DNA from: Alphaproteobacteria bacterium
Lineage (GTDB): Bacteria; Pseudomonadota; Alphaproteobacteria; RF32; CAG-239
Reading direction: 5' to 3'
Assembly (NCBI GenBank): GCA_045593845.1
Contig: JAZNXK010000004.1
Coordinates: 78,296 to 142,295, forward strand
Length of the DNA stretch: 64,000 nucleotides
Positions 39,005 through 47,334 of this stretch are shown piece after piece (the stretch's first letter is position 1; the number at the start of each line of letters is the position of its first letter). The notes beneath the pieces are model-generated. The model searched no databases. It was not told where the DNA came from and saw nothing but the letters and a program-made list of their open reading frames with translations. Made by a program: the position numbers and the translations under genes.

Positions 39005-39909
39005 TATTCATTATACCTTTTTCTGTGCCCTCTTTCAAATATTATTTGTGATGGGTCTTTTTTCAGATATTCATCTTCTGCTCGGTTTACATTATTTATA
39101 AAATCTGTTCTTATAGCTTTATAATTTGTATTTCTGACAGCTCCCAAAGTATCTGAACCTATTATACCATCTGCCTTAACTCCGAGAGCTTTTTGCAAAT
39201 TCATAATTGCTGTCGGTTGCCCTTGCACAACACCATCATCAAAAACTATACCTGCCAATTCGTCAGGAAGTTGATTTATTTTGGGTTTTAACCAATAATC
39301 TCGATAATATATTGCATCAGCTCTTTCTCTTGTCATATTTTCTATATCTTCATCCGGATAAATACGCGAACTTATACCATAATTTGTAGCTCCACCTCTA
39401 TCATTCGGATGATTAACATACCCGCCCTCATTTGCTCTGGTTCTATTCATTGCTTGTTGAAAGCGATTATCAGCTAACATTTGATCAATAAATGATTGAC
39501 TAAAATCATTTCCATACAAAGAATAATCAATATTAGCTTCTTGATTACCATCATTCATAACCGTCGACAATACATTTTGAGCATATTGAATAGCCGATTC
39601 ATTTGTTGGATTATTCTTTGCCAAATTTAATGCTGCTTGCACAGTCGGACTAATACTCGCAATATCAAGCCCGCCTCCGCGCAAACTTGCATTCTGCCAA
39701 AAGTTTGCTACATACTGCGGATAATCGCACTGCGCAATTCCCTGCCGCACCATATCATTTGCCAGCTCATTTTCTCTGTTTGTACGCAATGTTTGATATT
39801 GCAACTCATCTTGCGTTGAAAATCCGCTATGATCAACTCCATAACTGTCAACCCCATTGTCACCGTTTTGATACCCAAACGGCGATTGATATTTCCCGAA
39901 AAAATTCAT
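39001..39909 (-). CDS. modular toxin-family protein: N-module plus GH108 lysozyme plus peptidoglycan-binding domain
   Basis: EGGYVNHPNDRGGATNYGI is the GH108 signature. It is followed by a PG_binding_3-like LQKALGVKADGIIGSDTL. Confidence 0.8.
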   Translation of the reverse strand: MNFFGKYQSPFGYQNGDNGVDSYGVDHSGFSTQDELQYQTLRTNRENELANDMVRQGIAQCDYPQYVANFWQNASLRGGGLDIASISPTVQAALNLAKNNPTNESAIQYAQNVLSTVMNDGNQEANIDYSLYGNDFSQSFIDQMLADNRFQQAMNRTRANEGGYVNHPNDRGGATNYGISSRIYPDEDIENMTRERADAIYYRDYWLKPKINQLPDELAGIVFDDGVVQGQPTAIMNLQKALGVKADGIIGSDTLGAVRNTNYKAIRTDFINNVNRAEDEYLKKDPSQIIFERGHRKRYNEY

Positions 39910-40000
39910 CTTGTTTTCTCCTTTACATAAAAAAAAGAGCCATAACGGCTCCTGTAAAAAAATTTTGAAAATTTCAAGTAAACATAAACAACAAAAAATC

Positions 40001-40237
40001 CTAAAAAGGTAAACCTTTCTGCTTTTTCAAGATATTTTCTTTAGTTATAGGTACACATCCTATTTTTTCATCCCAAGTTAAACAATCTGATCGGCATATT
40101 TTTTGCTCAGGGTCATAAATTTTTCCCCCATCAAGGCAAACCATTTTCATATCTAGTTCAAAATAACAATAAATAGCAATTATCATAATTACAAAAAAAC
40201 AAACCAGATATTTTATAATTTTTTTAATACTTTTCAT
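40001..40237 (-). CDS. membrane-anchored Cys-rich small protein (candidate immunity protein for the SAA-like cargo)
   Basis: N-terminal TM plus CLDGGKIYDPEQKICRSDCLTWDEKIGCV. Overlaps the upstream gene by 14 nt. Homologues lie at 56346..56528 and 56476..56874. Confidence 0.65.
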   Translation of the reverse strand: MKSIKKIIKYLVCFFVIMIIAIYCYFELDMKMVCLDGGKIYDPEQKICRSDCLTWDEKIGCVPITKENILKKQKGLPF

Positions 40238-40907
40238 TAATGCCCTCCACTCTCTGATAACGACAGGCTTCTTTAGAGTCAGAATAAAAAGGATTATCCA
40301 CTAATTCTCTCGCCTGAAAATTTACATCCCTATCATGCCAATAATCAGCCAAAGCATCAGGATACGACATTCCTTTGTAATATCTATTCTTGAAATAGTC
40401 AAATACTTCTTTTTCATTTCCTAAAACTTTCGCTGCTAGTTTACCATACATTCCTCTTTGTGCAGCCTCATAATTGCCTTTACAATGAAAATAATCATCT
40501 CCACCAATAGTATTGTCAGATTTCATATCAAAATAATTGCGCACCATATCCATGGTACCACCAAGAACTTGTCGCATTGGAGATTGCTGAGTTTGTTGTT
40601 GTGCAGGCAAACTTCTTGCTAAATTCAGTGCTGCTTGCACTGTCGGGCTCAACCTTGAAATATCATAATTTGTTCCATTTGACAAATTATTACCCCAAAA
40701 ACCCGTGCCATACTGCGGATAATCGCACTGCGCAATCCCCTGCCGCGCCATATCATTTGCCAGCTCATTTTCTCTGCTTAATCGCAAATTTTGATATTGC
40801 AGCTCATCTTGTGTTGAAAATCCGCTATGATCAACTCCATAGCTGTCAACTCCGTTATCTCCGTTTTGATACCCGAACGGTGATTGATACTTTCCGAAAA
40901 AATCCAT
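40224..40907 (-). CDS. modular toxin-family protein: N-module plus serum-amyloid-A-like C-terminal domain
   Basis: DDYFHCKGNYEAAQRG aligns with the vertebrate SAA core [16 protein letters not shown]. The gene starts 12 nt after the endolysin stop. Confidence 0.75.
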   Translation of the reverse strand: MDFFGKYQSPFGYQNGDNGVDSYGVDHSGFSTQDELQYQNLRLSRENELANDMARQGIAQCDYPQYGTGFWGNNLSNGTNYDISRLSPTVQAALNLARSLPAQQQTQQSPMRQVLGGTMDMVRNYFDMKSDNTIGGDDYFHCKGNYEAAQRGMYGKLAAKVLGNEKEVFDYFKNRYYKGMSYPDALADYWHDRDVNFQARELVDNPFYSDSKEACRYQRVEGINEKY

Positions 40908-40919
40908 CTTATTTCCCTC

Positions 40920-41354
40920 TCATTTTATATCATTATAAAAAAAATGTCCTTTTGTTTCATAACAAGGAGCATGATGCAAAGCCCACTTCGGTTTTATATT
41001 TTTGGTATGATAAAAAGTAGCATTATTGGTAAAATCCGTCATTTTACCCGCAATCGCCTTTTTTGCCACATTCAAACATCTGACAAAACTTGCATCATTT
41101 TCATCAACTCGCAAAAGTTTTTGATAATTAGGATCATTTTTATTCCAGCAGCTAAATTGAAATCTCTTTTGACATGTCTCCCTGATTCCGGCAATTTTGA
41201 CACCGTTTTCCATTTTGTAACCGGTAAACCATTTTTTTGCCCTAAATCTGTTCATTATAACGCAAGCAACCGCCTCAATTCCCTCCAAACCATCACCTCT
41301 GGCCTCACCCCACAAGGTTTGTGCCAAAACCCAAACATCATCATCTCGCAGCAT
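40920..41354 (-). CDS. endolysin, SleB/CwlJ-type cell-wall hydrolase (Hydrolase_2)
   Basis: LAQTLWGEARGDGLEGIEAVACVIMNR motif. Confidence 0.8.
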   Translation of the reverse strand: MLRDDDVWVLAQTLWGEARGDGLEGIEAVACVIMNRFRAKKWFTGYKMENGVKIAGIRETCQKRFQFSCWNKNDPNYQKLLRVDENDASFVRCLNVAKKAIAGKMTDFTNNATFYHTKNIKPKWALHHAPCYETKGHFFYNDIK

Positions 41355-41628
41355 TTTTACCTGCCTTATTTTTGCAGTTTAGTAACAAATCCAACTTTCC
41401 CTCAAAACTGTCAAATTTACTCTCAAGTTTTGCCAACATAATATTTTGCTGATTTTGCATAACAATAATTGAGGCCGTTTCTTTATCTGTCTTATCAATT
41501 CGCAGCAAAACCCCGCAAATTTTCTCCTCCATACACCCTTTCCATGCCCCGATTTTTATCAGGTTCAAAATCATCCCTGCCAGAGCGGTAATTCCTGCCG
41601 CACCGCCAACCAAATTTATCAGTTCCAT
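41341..41628 (-). CDS. small N-terminal-TM protein, possible holin
   Basis: A single TM (GGAAGITALAGMILNLI) followed by a charged coiled tail. Overlaps the endolysin start. Confidence 0.45.
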   Translation of the reverse strand: MELINLVGGAAGITALAGMILNLIKIGAWKGCMEEKICGVLLRIDKTDKETASIIVMQNQQNIMLAKLESKFDSFEGKLDLLLNCKNKAGKNAAR

Positions 41629-41668
41629 ATTTTTCTCTCCCTTAAAAAAGGGGCTTTTTCAAGCCCCT

Positions 41669-43177
41669 CTATTCTACTGCCGTCCAAACAGGAGTTACCG
41701 TATGAGCTGTGACAGACATTTCAGCAACAGCAAAACTCGTTGCGCTCGCTGACAAAACTTTAAGTCGATAATATTTATGAGCTCCGGAATTAGTAACATC
41801 AAATCCCCATTCATCAGTTGCACCTGCCGTACTGGTACCCGAAGTCAACACACTCCAAGCCGCACCATCGTCCGAATATTGAAATTCCCATCCTTGGATA
41901 AAATAATCGCTTGCATTAGTAATATCCACTCTCGTAACAACAACTGCGGTCTGACTATAAAATTCAAGCCACTTATTAGCATCATTTGTTGAACTTCTGA
42001 AATATGTACTTGAATTACTATCAAAAGCCTTCCAAGCAGGATAATTTGATGAGCTTTCCGTACTCGCAGCGACAGCAAAGCTATCTCCTCCGATTGTACC
42101 GTTTGCACTCAATACCGATTGTGTCCAAGTTCCTATCGTTTCCGAATAACTATAAACCGTATGAGCCGGAATACTAACCGTCCCTAATAAATATCCGTTT
42201 GTGTAGCTGTTATCTTGAGTTAGAACAATAGTTTCATCATTATTGACAACAAAAGCATTTAAGGTAACAGCCGAACCGTCATCAGTATAGTTATAGGTAC
42301 AACCTTGTCTTGCAATAGGGGTATAATCAACAGCTTTCCACCAACTTGCACCATCTATATTTATATATATTTCACCTAAATATATTGTTCCGTTCAGCGG
42401 ATTATCGAGCGATCCTCCGGCACTTCCCACACCAAAGGTAATTACATTACCACCAAGATTTTTATCACCCACAACAGCAATTTCTGTTGTTTCTTCACCG
42501 GCAAAAGCTCCTGTAGTTGAAAGTTTCACACTATATGTGGTACCGTCATAAGAAGCTTTTACCCAGTATTGAGTATTGGTCTGAATAGTAGTCGTACCCG
42601 ATACGCCGCTTGCAACATTTTGAGATGTCCCATTTGAAGAAATATTGACTTTTAATTTTGCATTCTCAATAAACAACTTCATTCCTGTCATCAATTTATG
42701 ACATAATACGGACTGATAACCTATTCCTTTTACCGAAAAAGAAACCATAATATCCCAAGTTGTAAAATTTGAAGGTAAAACATCAATTGTCTCAAGGTAT
42801 TTTGAAGTAGTAAATCCGCTTACTTCATAATTGCTGTCAATAGTCAGACTTCCTCTTTCAACAATATTAAGCCCCAATTCAGCCACCCCGCTGTACCATT
42901 GTCCGGCAGGCATAAAGCAATATTTATTTTCCAACAAATAATTATAATAATCCCACTTCCATGGCAGAACGGTAGCAGAAAAATTCAAAGGTAAAGCAGA
43001 TGATTGTTGAGTTTCAGCAGTCATACTCAAACCATCATAATTTTGCATTGCAATATCAAGGACTTGTGAAGAATTAAAAAATTGATTTTCCTGTAAATAA
43101 TCCCATTTGCCCATTGCTCTTGCATAAACACTATAAGGCAAGGTCTTATACACCATAAAATTTTGACTTGAACTCAT
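41669..43177 (-). CDS. tail fibre/receptor-binding protein with lectin-like and C-terminal discoidin (F5/8 type C)-like domains
   Basis: NYPAWKAFDSNSSTYFRS...WLEF...GWEFQYSDDGAAW pattern. Confidence 0.7.
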   Translation of the reverse strand: MSSSQNFMVYKTLPYSVYARAMGKWDYLQENQFFNSSQVLDIAMQNYDGLSMTAETQQSSALPLNFSATVLPWKWDYYNYLLENKYCFMPAGQWYSGVAELGLNIVERGSLTIDSNYEVSGFTTSKYLETIDVLPSNFTTWDIMVSFSVKGIGYQSVLCHKLMTGMKLFIENAKLKVNISSNGTSQNVASGVSGTTTIQTNTQYWVKASYDGTTYSVKLSTTGAFAGEETTEIAVVGDKNLGGNVITFGVGSAGGSLDNPLNGTIYLGEIYINIDGASWWKAVDYTPIARQGCTYNYTDDGSAVTLNAFVVNNDETIVLTQDNSYTNGYLLGTVSIPAHTVYSYSETIGTWTQSVLSANGTIGGDSFAVAASTESSSNYPAWKAFDSNSSTYFRSSTNDANKWLEFYSQTAVVVTRVDITNASDYFIQGWEFQYSDDGAAWSVLTSGTSTAGATDEWGFDVTNSGAHKYYRLKVLSASATSFAVAEMSVTAHTVTPVWTAVE

Positions 43178-43179
43178 TT

Positions 43180-43866
43180 TTACCTCACATTCAAATAAGC
43201 ATTATTTTCCGTTGTTGAAAGTGTAATTGCCAAACTATCAGGCATAATTACATTTGCAGTTATCTCCGCACCATTTGCACCGCTTGAAGCCGCAAATCCC
43301 GTAAAGGAATTTTGGTTTATATAAGTAAAAGTACGCAAATAAAACATACTGTCGCCGCTATCCTTACAAATCCAAACTTTATTCCCTAAATCTATGCTTG
43401 CTCCCGTATTATTTTTTGCTGTAATAATATCAATATCACCTCCGCCGGCATCATAAGTACCCGTTACTCCAAGAATTGTAACATCTTTTTTAATATTTTC
43501 CGCAATAATATTGCTATCGATAGAGGAAGTAACCGCATCAACACTAACTTCATCATATCCGTTATAAGGATTTGAGGGAGTATGCATTTGGGCAGATGTT
43601 GACGGAGTAATCGAAAGCACAGTTGTATTTTTTTCAATAACACTTCCGCTAACACCCAAAATACTGACCCCGCTTTTGATATTTTCTGATATTATATTAT
43701 TATCAATACTCGAAGTAACCGCAGAAACACTAATCGGCGAATATCCGTCCACACCTCCACTTGCAGTTATTGTCTGCGACGAGGTTGTCGGCATAATACT
43801 CAAGCTTTCAATCACAGACGAACTTCCCCCATTGGAATTATATCCATAATCAAATATCAATGTCAT
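43180..43866 (-). CDS. tail-associated protein with internal ~55-aa tandem repeat
   Basis: Repeats carry VSAVTSSIDNNIISENIKSGVSILGVSG and VDAVTSSIDSNIIAENIKKDVTILGVTG. Confidence 0.6.
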   Translation of the reverse strand: MTLIFDYGYNSNGGSSSVIESLSIMPTTSSQTITASGGVDGYSPISVSAVTSSIDNNIISENIKSGVSILGVSGSVIEKNTTVLSITPSTSAQMHTPSNPYNGYDEVSVDAVTSSIDSNIIAENIKKDVTILGVTGTYDAGGGDIDIITAKNNTGASIDLGNKVWICKDSGDSMFYLRTFTYINQNSFTGFAASSGANGAEITANVIMPDSLAITLSTTENNAYLNVR

Positions 43867-43870
43867 CGTC

Positions 43871-44131
43871 TTAATCCGCTATATTGATTGTTGAAACAGC
43901 ATTTTGCAAAGATTTAACCCAAAGCTTTCCACCGGTTGAAATCCATTGAAAAGGCTCTGCATTTGTTTTGTAGAAACCTCCTTTTGTCGGCTTGTTTTCC
44001 GCTTCACAAATCAGCAACTGTCCGTTTACTTGCAAAACATAAGTTTTATCAGCCGTAAAAGTAACACCGGATAATGTTTCCAAATCTTGATAATCATCAT
44101 TTGGATTTACTGTAATAAAAGCTAAATTCAT
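43871..44131 (-). CDS. small phage structural-module protein (86 aa)
   Basis: ORF packed tightly within the fibre module. Confidence 0.5.
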   Translation of the reverse strand: MNLAFITVNPNDDYQDLETLSGVTFTADKTYVLQVNGQLLICEAENKPTKGGFYKTNAEPFQWISTGGKLWVKSLQNAVSTINIAD

Positions 44132-44166
44132 TTTTCATCTCCTAAAAAAATTAAAAAAAAAGAGCA

Positions 44167-44490
44167 TTACTGCTCCAACTCATTTATTCTTTCTCGCCAT
44201 TGTTGCCGTTGTGCAATAACATCAGCATATTGTTCCGCAGTTGCCACCCCTTCGGCAATCTTAATCACAACATAATCCGTTGCCGCAAGATAGGCTTTCA
44301 GCTGTTCGATTTCCTCTCTGTGGCTAGGCTTATAATCAGGATTTTCTACCACACTAGTGCCGTTCCACATATATCGTTCCAAATCATTATAAACCGCCTC
44401 GGATATTTCATAATTGATAACACCTTGTGTTAATTGTCGGCACTCACCTTTGCCGTCAATTTTTCCATTTTTTATAAATGCATAATACAT
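44167..44490 (-). CDS. tail-fibre assembly/chaperone-like protein
   Basis: Lies directly after the fibre gene. C-terminal pattern ATDYVVIK..W..R..I..L resembles Caudovirales tail-fibre assembly proteins. Confidence 0.5.
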   Translation of the reverse strand: MYYAFIKNGKIDGKGECRQLTQGVINYEISEAVYNDLERYMWNGTSVVENPDYKPSHREEIEQLKAYLAATDYVVIKIAEGVATAEQYADVIAQRQQWRERINELEQ

Positions 44491-44499
44491 AACTTTCTC

Positions 44500-45603
44500 C
44501 TAGCTGTTTGTTCCAATCCGACGATACCCTCGAAGGTTCAAATTATATTTTCCTGTATTGTTTGCATCTGCGTGAACTTGAATTATCCGTCCTTGCCCTA
44601 CCGGCAAAACACCTGTTCCTCTTGCAACATTTGTAAAACTTCCTCTTGTAATCGCCCTACACAACCATAATCCATAATTTGGCAATATATCAGAATAAAC
44701 TGTCAGTTGCGAACTATCGCCACTATTACTTCCTGTTTCAACTGACCCAACAACAATAACTTCATATTTATAATTGTCATCAGGAAGATAATTTGATATA
44801 TCGTATTCATCTACGTCCAAAGTTGGTAAACTTACATAATTGGCTATTTGTAATTGACTAGCGACCCATTGTCCGTCTAAATTCTTGCTTGCAGAGGTTG
44901 CTAAATTAGATAAATCATATTTTGCATAATTTTGACTGTTTACAAAAGCAGTTGTTGCAATTTGAGTTGAATTATCAGATGTTGCAGGTGTCGGCGCAGA
45001 TGTATAAACATCACCATTTTCATCATAACCGATTACAATTTCAACACTATCTGTTGCCTCCAAATTACTGCAACTCAAGTTTGATGCAACACTGGCATCG
45101 GCACAAACTTTGTGCTGTGCCGCACCTAATATTGCTCCCGTACTATCCGCAAAATTGATACTGCTTACCTGATCTTCAATCGGAGCAGTTCCTATCAAAG
45201 TAGAAGTATTTTGTATTATCAAAGCCGGAGCCTCATTTTTTGATATAAGCGGATTTTGCACAAAAGTTTTTACGGCATCTATACTCTGCTCATCAGCAAG
45301 AGTAACACATTTTTCTGAAAAAGGAAAATTATTCAAATCAACCGAAGATGTAACAACATCAGTTCCTTCCAAACTCAAAATATTATCATTCAAATCAATA
45401 TGATAAGTTATCAGCTTTGATGTTTCTCGCGCAACATATTCATCAATTTCCGGCTTGGCAACCTGATTAACATAATTTTCAATCTCATCCTCTCCATATT
45501 TCAAATATTGCATATCGATATTTGCTTCCAATGTAGCATCTTTTTGAAAATAAACGTCGAAATCCTTTGCAACATACGGCTCAAAAATATTTATTCCGCT
45601 CAT
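44500..45603 (-). CDS. tail fibre protein
   Basis: 367 aa. The STQIATTAFV motif is typical of fibre proteins. Lies in the tail module. Confidence 0.65.
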   Translation of the reverse strand: MSGINIFEPYVAKDFDVYFQKDATLEANIDMQYLKYGEDEIENYVNQVAKPEIDEYVARETSKLITYHIDLNDNILSLEGTDVVTSSVDLNNFPFSEKCVTLADEQSIDAVKTFVQNPLISKNEAPALIIQNTSTLIGTAPIEDQVSSINFADSTGAILGAAQHKVCADASVASNLSCSNLEATDSVEIVIGYDENGDVYTSAPTPATSDNSTQIATTAFVNSQNYAKYDLSNLATSASKNLDGQWVASQLQIANYVSLPTLDVDEYDISNYLPDDNYKYEVIVVGSVETGSNSGDSSQLTVYSDILPNYGLWLCRAITRGSFTNVARGTGVLPVGQGRIIQVHADANNTGKYNLNLRGYRRIGTNS

Positions 45604-45604
45604 C

Positions 45605-45961
45605 TCAAACTCCTTTTACTATTTCAAAAACTGCATTTTTGGTAATATCCTGCGGAAAAATCGTATGCACATCACCATTGGCAAAAACCACTCTGATATT
45701 TGCCTCATAAACACCGACATCAATAGCCGTATGCAGAGGAGTTATTTTAATCACTGCCATCCCTTTTAGGGGCTCGACAATTTCTCCGTTAACACTCAAA
45801 ACACTACCTTCTTCATTCTTCACACTCAAGGTAATAATTGCCCCGGTAATATCCAAATCTTTACCGCACTTATCCTTAAAATGCATAACAATATCATAAC
45901 TGTCACCTTGTTTAATCAAGATTCCTTCGTGTGTCATAATTCCTGTCATTTCAATCTCCAT
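45605..45961 (-). CDS. small beta-rich (Ig-like) tail-module protein
   Basis: ORF translationally coupled on both sides. Confidence 0.5.
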   Translation of the reverse strand: MEIEMTGIMTHEGILIKQGDSYDIVMHFKDKCGKDLDITGAIITLSVKNEEGSVLSVNGEIVEPLKGMAVIKITPLHTAIDVGVYEANIRVVFANGDVHTIFPQDITKNAVFEIVKGV

Positions 45962-46887
45962 TATTTTGCATTTTTAAGAGAATTATCGGCAATATCTTCT
46001 ACCGCCAAATCATAACAAACCATCAAATACCCGTTATCATCTCTGAATACAGCTTCAGGTTTTACCTCGGCAACCTCTTGCGCCAACAAGCCTAACTGCG
46101 AAACTTTTGACCCTGCAAAATTAAAGCAATAAACCGTCAAACCATTATCAAGTTTTCCGACCGGTCTGATATTTTCTTTCAATCTGACATCCGAAAACAT
46201 TGCCAATCCGGCCGAGCTGATTAAATTGCTCAAAAACTGCTTTCCTGCCTCGGTTTGTGCGTTGTTATTAGCCTGTTTTGTCGCATCAATTCTTGCATCT
46301 GAACTACGCTGTGCATTATAAATATTTAGTGCATTATCATAACCGGAATAAGAGTTTTGCAACTGCGACAAAATTTGGCTCAAATAGTTGTTTTGAGCGC
46401 TATTTGCAAAGGTTCCGGCACTAATTGCATTATTCAAACTTTGATTATAAGCATTTTGCCCCGCCAAAACCGAACGATAAGCCGCCTCATTATAAGCATT
46501 GTTTTGATTTTTTAGCAAATTATCCATTGCATTGTTATAAGCCGCACTGCCTACACCAATTCCCTGATTTTGTAATCTTGTTTCCAAATTATTAGTCTGT
46601 TGCTCGAACTCCGGTGTCAAGAGGTTTGTATATGCTTGATAAGTTGCATTTTCAGCTCTTTGGCGAGCTTCATCGGAACCGTCAACATTAAAAACATAAC
46701 TTCCCGTATTGTCAAGATTTTGACTCATGCTGTATGCATTATTCAACAAATTCTGCAAAGTATTGTCATAAGTCGAAGTATCATAATTTTGCAAATAATT
46801 TAGTATATTATTTTCCGAAGTATATCTGTTTGTACTTGCACCTCCGGCACCCAACAATTTGCCCACAGCCTTAAATCCGCTAGACAT
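45961..46887 (-). CDS. N/Q-rich fibre-like protein with C-terminal intramolecular chaperone (peptidase S74-like) domain
   Basis: SDVRLKENIRPVG...LLAQEV..V.PEAV motif at the C-terminus. Confidence 0.7.
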   Translation of the reverse strand: MSSGFKAVGKLLGAGGASTNRYTSENNILNYLQNYDTSTYDNTLQNLLNNAYSMSQNLDNTGSYVFNVDGSDEARQRAENATYQAYTNLLTPEFEQQTNNLETRLQNQGIGVGSAAYNNAMDNLLKNQNNAYNEAAYRSVLAGQNAYNQSLNNAISAGTFANSAQNNYLSQILSQLQNSYSGYDNALNIYNAQRSSDARIDATKQANNNAQTEAGKQFLSNLISSAGLAMFSDVRLKENIRPVGKLDNGLTVYCFNFAGSKVSQLGLLAQEVAEVKPEAVFRDDNGYLMVCYDLAVEDIADNSLKNAK

Positions 46888-46899
46888 TTTTTTCTCCTT

Positions 46900-47334
46900 T
46901 CATACAAATTTACAATCCTCGCGCAACATCCCCAAGACAAAGGCATCTTTGCCATCGGGATAATAAGCACGCATTTTTCCCTCTTTCACAAAGCCGCATC
47001 TCATAGCCAACGATACAGAAGCTTTATTATCCTCACAAATAAGCGCATTAATTCTTCTGCATTTCAAAGCATTAAAAGCCACACCGAAAATTTGGCGCAA
47101 AACTTTTGCCGTGCACCATTTTTTATCCCAAGTGCAAATACTTATCCATGCAGAATCATTTTCGCGATAATCACTATACGCAACCATCCCCAGACACTTA
47201 TCTTCTCGCAAAATCTCAAAAACAAATCCTTGAACAAACTCCATTTCATCCAAATTAAGCTTTTGCGCAATCTGTCTGGCAGCGGCCATACCTGTTTTAT
47301 AAACAATCTCAACCAAGTCCTTCTCCTTGTTCAA
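46900..47334 (-). CDS. GNAT-family N-acetyltransferase
   Basis: RimJ/L-like pattern (..NKASVSLAMRCGFVKEG..). Confidence 0.7.
   Translation of the reverse strand: MNKEKDLVEIVYKTGMAAARQIAQKLNLDEMEFVQGFVFEILREDKCLGMVAYSDYRENDSAWISICTWDKKWCTAKVLRQIFGVAFNALKCRRINALICEDNKASVSLAMRCGFVKEGKMRAYYPDGKDAFVLGMLREDCKFV

Noticed and set aside
31474-40907. The possibility that the recurring ~100-280-bp near-identical segments are a CRISPR array or a non-coding repeat family.
   Set aside because: The repeats are too long and irregularly spaced (0.5-1.6 kb). They always begin with RBS plus ATG and encode the same peptide. There are no short unique spacers and no cas genes.
40884-41441. A 185-aa plus-strand ORF across the endolysin region.
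   Set aside because: It is antisense to the SleB-type endolysin and the holin-like gene, both of which have clear motifs and translational coupling.
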